Of a stretch of DNA of 64,000 nucleotides, positions 61,878 through 64,000 are shown one piece after another. The notes below the pieces were generated by a model. It saw only the letters and a list, made by a program, of their open reading frames with translations. It had not been told where the DNA came from and searched no databases. Numbering within the stretch: the stretch's first letter is position 1; the number at the start of each line of letters is the position of its first letter. The translations under genes and the position numbers were made by a program. The stretch is taken from assembly GCF_055900595.2 (NCBI RefSeq), contig NZ_CM148325.1; one strand, given 5' to 3'.

Positions 61878-61905
61878 TTCAACTGGCGTCGTACCAGGCA
61901 TCACT

Positions 61906-61995
61906 GGCGGATGCGGCGTAAAACGCCTTATCCGCCCTACGCGTTAAAGAGCCGGTTTGTAGGCCTGATAAGACGCGCTAGCGTCGCATCAGGCA
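61906..61995. repeat. BIME (two inverted REP units) between mntH and ypeC
   Basis: ggcggatgcggcgtaaaacgccttatccgcc and gtaggcctgataagacgcgctagcgtcgcatcaggca. Confidence 0.7.
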
Positions 61996-62018
61996 TTGTG
62001 CTCCAGTGGCGAATGTGT

Positions 62019-62345
62019 TTAATGGCGATGCCCATGTCCGCGGCCCTTTCCGCGATGATCATCACGATCGCGCCAGCCTTCACGATAGCCACGCTCATAG
62101 GCTTTACGCTTATCCCAGCCACGGTGGTAGCCATTATCATGACGCCACCAGCGGTTCTTACGCCATTCATAATTGCGATGCCAGTAGTCACGGTCGCGCC
62201 AGTGACCACCGTCCCAGTAATTACCGTAATGATCGCGATCGCCAATTTGTAATTTGATTGATGGCAGTAGGGTGATTTCACCTGCGTTTGCCGCAAGCGG
62301 GGTAAATGCCATCAGGGCGGCCGCCAGAAACAGTGACCTGAACAT
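62019..62345 (-). CDS. ypeC: periplasmic W/R/H/D-rich protein YpeC (DUF2502)
   Basis: 108-aa ORF with signal peptide and repetitive WxxRD/YxRxW composition; synteny. Confidence 0.85.
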
Positions 62346-62459
62346 TGTTATTCTCCTTCACGATCGAAGCCGTCAGCGGCCTGTTAACGCAATATTACGG
62401 GGAGGTAAAGCCCCGTATCATCGCCATAACTCTTAAATCATAAAGGAGAGCATTTTTTG

Positions 62460-63716
62460 CTAAACGTTATCGTGGGGTGGCTGTTGCTTCGGACGATTGA
62501 CCATCATCATCGGCTTACCGGCTAATAACAGCCATGCAGGAAGCATGACGATACAGAGCAGCGGTAGCAATGTGGTGTTAGGGACAACAACCGCAGCCAT
62601 AAATAGACTTAACCAGCCATCGCGTGTTACCACCAGCACGATGCCGAGAATAGCGCAGGAAACGGTTATTGCCGCCGGGACAGCGGGAACGTGCTCATGT
62701 AGCATCAATCCTAATGCCACGCCGACAAACACTGCCGGGAAGATTCGCCCACCGCGAAAGCCGCTGGCGGCAGCAACCACGAGAGCGGCAAGTTTAATCA
62801 CTGCCAGCAAAAAGTAATCGCTGGTGCTGAAAGCCTGATTTGCCACCATCTGCTGCATCTCATCCAGCCCTTTAAATAGCGAAACCGGTCCAGCAATAAC
62901 CCCCAGAATACCGAGAATAAATCCGCCCACTCCCAGCATTAGCACCGGATTTTTAATCTGATGCATCATCGCGTGCAACCGTGGCAGACACCATACGGCA
63001 ACCATCCCTGCTGCGATGGCAATCGCCGCCACAATTGCACCGCTGAGAATATCGGTCATCTCCATCTGCCCATAATGCGCAATGGGCAGTGAAAAATGAG
63101 GATGGAAAAATAATCCGGTAGTAAGTGCACCAGCTGCTGCGGCCATTAACGGCGCAAAGAGACGGTCCCATAGCGGAACCTCATTACTGCCATTTAAGGT
63201 TTGCGAAAATATCAACGCCGCCGCAACAGGTGTGCCAAACAGCGCGCCGATGGTTCCGGCAGAGGCTAAAATAGTCCACTCCATTCGGTTGACGCGCGGT
63301 AACAGACGAGCGCCAATGGCGACGGCAAGGGCGATATTGACGGTCATGATCGGATGTTCCGGCCCCAGGCTGACGCCGCCAGCAAGACCGAGAATTAATG
63401 CTACGATAAGTCCTGGTAGCGCAGAGGGCGGAACGGGTGCGCCGATCAGCGGTTCACAGGCGGGGTCTGGTCCAGCATGCCCCTGGCTGAAACGGATAAC
63501 CAACCCCACCGCAATACCCGTTAGCGTTAATATGGCGATGATCCAGAAAGGTGAATCCTGGGCTATTCCCAGAGTTCCCGGCAGTCGTTGCCAGAGCAGA
63601 GTCTGTAATACCGAGGCGATTTTCATCACCACAATCAGAATAAGACTGGACGCAATCCCAATTGCCACGGCGGGGAGTGATAATAACAACATGGTTCTGG
63701 CTCGCGGATGGAGCAT
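62460..63716 (-). CDS. yfeO: ClC-type chloride channel-family membrane protein YfeO
   Basis: 418-aa polytopic membrane ORF; synteny next to glk. Confidence 0.88.
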   Translation of the reverse strand: MLHPRARTMLLLSLPAVAIGIASSLILIVVMKIASVLQTLLWQRLPGTLGIAQDSPFWIIAILTLTGIAVGLVIRFSQGHAGPDPACEPLIGAPVPPSALPGLIVALILGLAGGVSLGPEHPIMTVNIALAVAIGARLLPRVNRMEWTILASAGTIGALFGTPVAAALIFSQTLNGSNEVPLWDRLFAPLMAAAAGALTTGLFFHPHFSLPIAHYGQMEMTDILSGAIVAAIAIAAGMVAVWCLPRLHAMMHQIKNPVLMLGVGGFILGILGVIAGPVSLFKGLDEMQQMVANQAFSTSDYFLLAVIKLAALVVAAASGFRGGRIFPAVFVGVALGLMLHEHVPAVPAAITVSCAILGIVLVVTRDGWLSLFMAAVVVPNTTLLPLLCIVMLPAWLLLAGKPMMMVNRPKQQPPHDNV

Positions 63717-63919
63717 GGTCTATTCCTTATGCGGGGTCAGATACTTAGTTTGCCCAGCTTGCAAAAAGGCATCGCTGCAATTGGTGCTGAAACGATAAAG
63801 TAATTGTGTGACCCAGATCGATATTTACAGGGAGCCTGCCTTTCCGGCGTTGTTGTTATGCCCCCAGGTATTTACAGTGTGAGAAAGAATTATTTTGACT
63901 TTAGCGGAGCAGTTGAAGA

Positions 63920-64000
63920 ATGACAAAGTATGCATTAGTCGGTGATGTGGGCGGCACCAACGCACGTCTTGCTCTGTGTGATATTGCCAGTGGTGAAATC
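63920..64000 (+). CDS. glk: glucokinase, N-terminal fragment (continues past window end)
   Basis: ATG at 63920; translation MTKYALVGDVGGTNARLALCDIASGEI matches recalled Glk N-terminus. Confidence 0.9.
   Translation, partial: MTKYALVGDVGGTNARLALCDIASGEI

Overview
This window reads as an Escherichia coli chromosomal segment matching the K-12 glk–maeB/tktB region in reverse orientation, and is almost entirely conserved core genome. All gene calls rest on recalled protein sequences and gene order, because no database search could be run. Recognised content, in window order: tktB (start only), talA, maeB, the complete ethanolamine-utilisation operon eutSPQTDMNEJGHABCLK plus eutR, hemF, amiA, ypeA, yfeZYX, yfeW, murPQ/murR, ucpA, cysPUWA, cysM, yfeS, yfeK, pdxK, crr-ptsI-ptsH, cysK, cysZ, zipA, ligA, ypeB, yfeH, yfeR, yfeN, xapAB/xapR, the valU-valX-valY-lysV tRNA cluster, gltX, yfeDC, two tRNA-Ala genes, pdeA (yfeA), nupC, mntH, ypeC, yfeO and the start of glk. 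No CRISPR array, IS element, integrase or prophage was recognised. The one place that departs from the K-12 gene order is a 1.8 kb segment between the convergent stops of eutR and hemF: it carries an unrecognised 420-aa cysteine-rich cytoplasmic protein followed by an AT-rich 105-aa predicted membrane protein, and is the best candidate here for something undescribed, though its function is not established. Two other strain-level differences are the uninterrupted eutA-eutB junction (K-12 has the CPZ-55 prophage there) and minor length variation in ZipA. Smaller observations include an unlisted 52-codon hydrophobic ORF downstream of xapB, a duplicated terminator plus tRNA-Lys 3' fragment next to lysV, and textbook Fur and MntR operators upstream of mntH.
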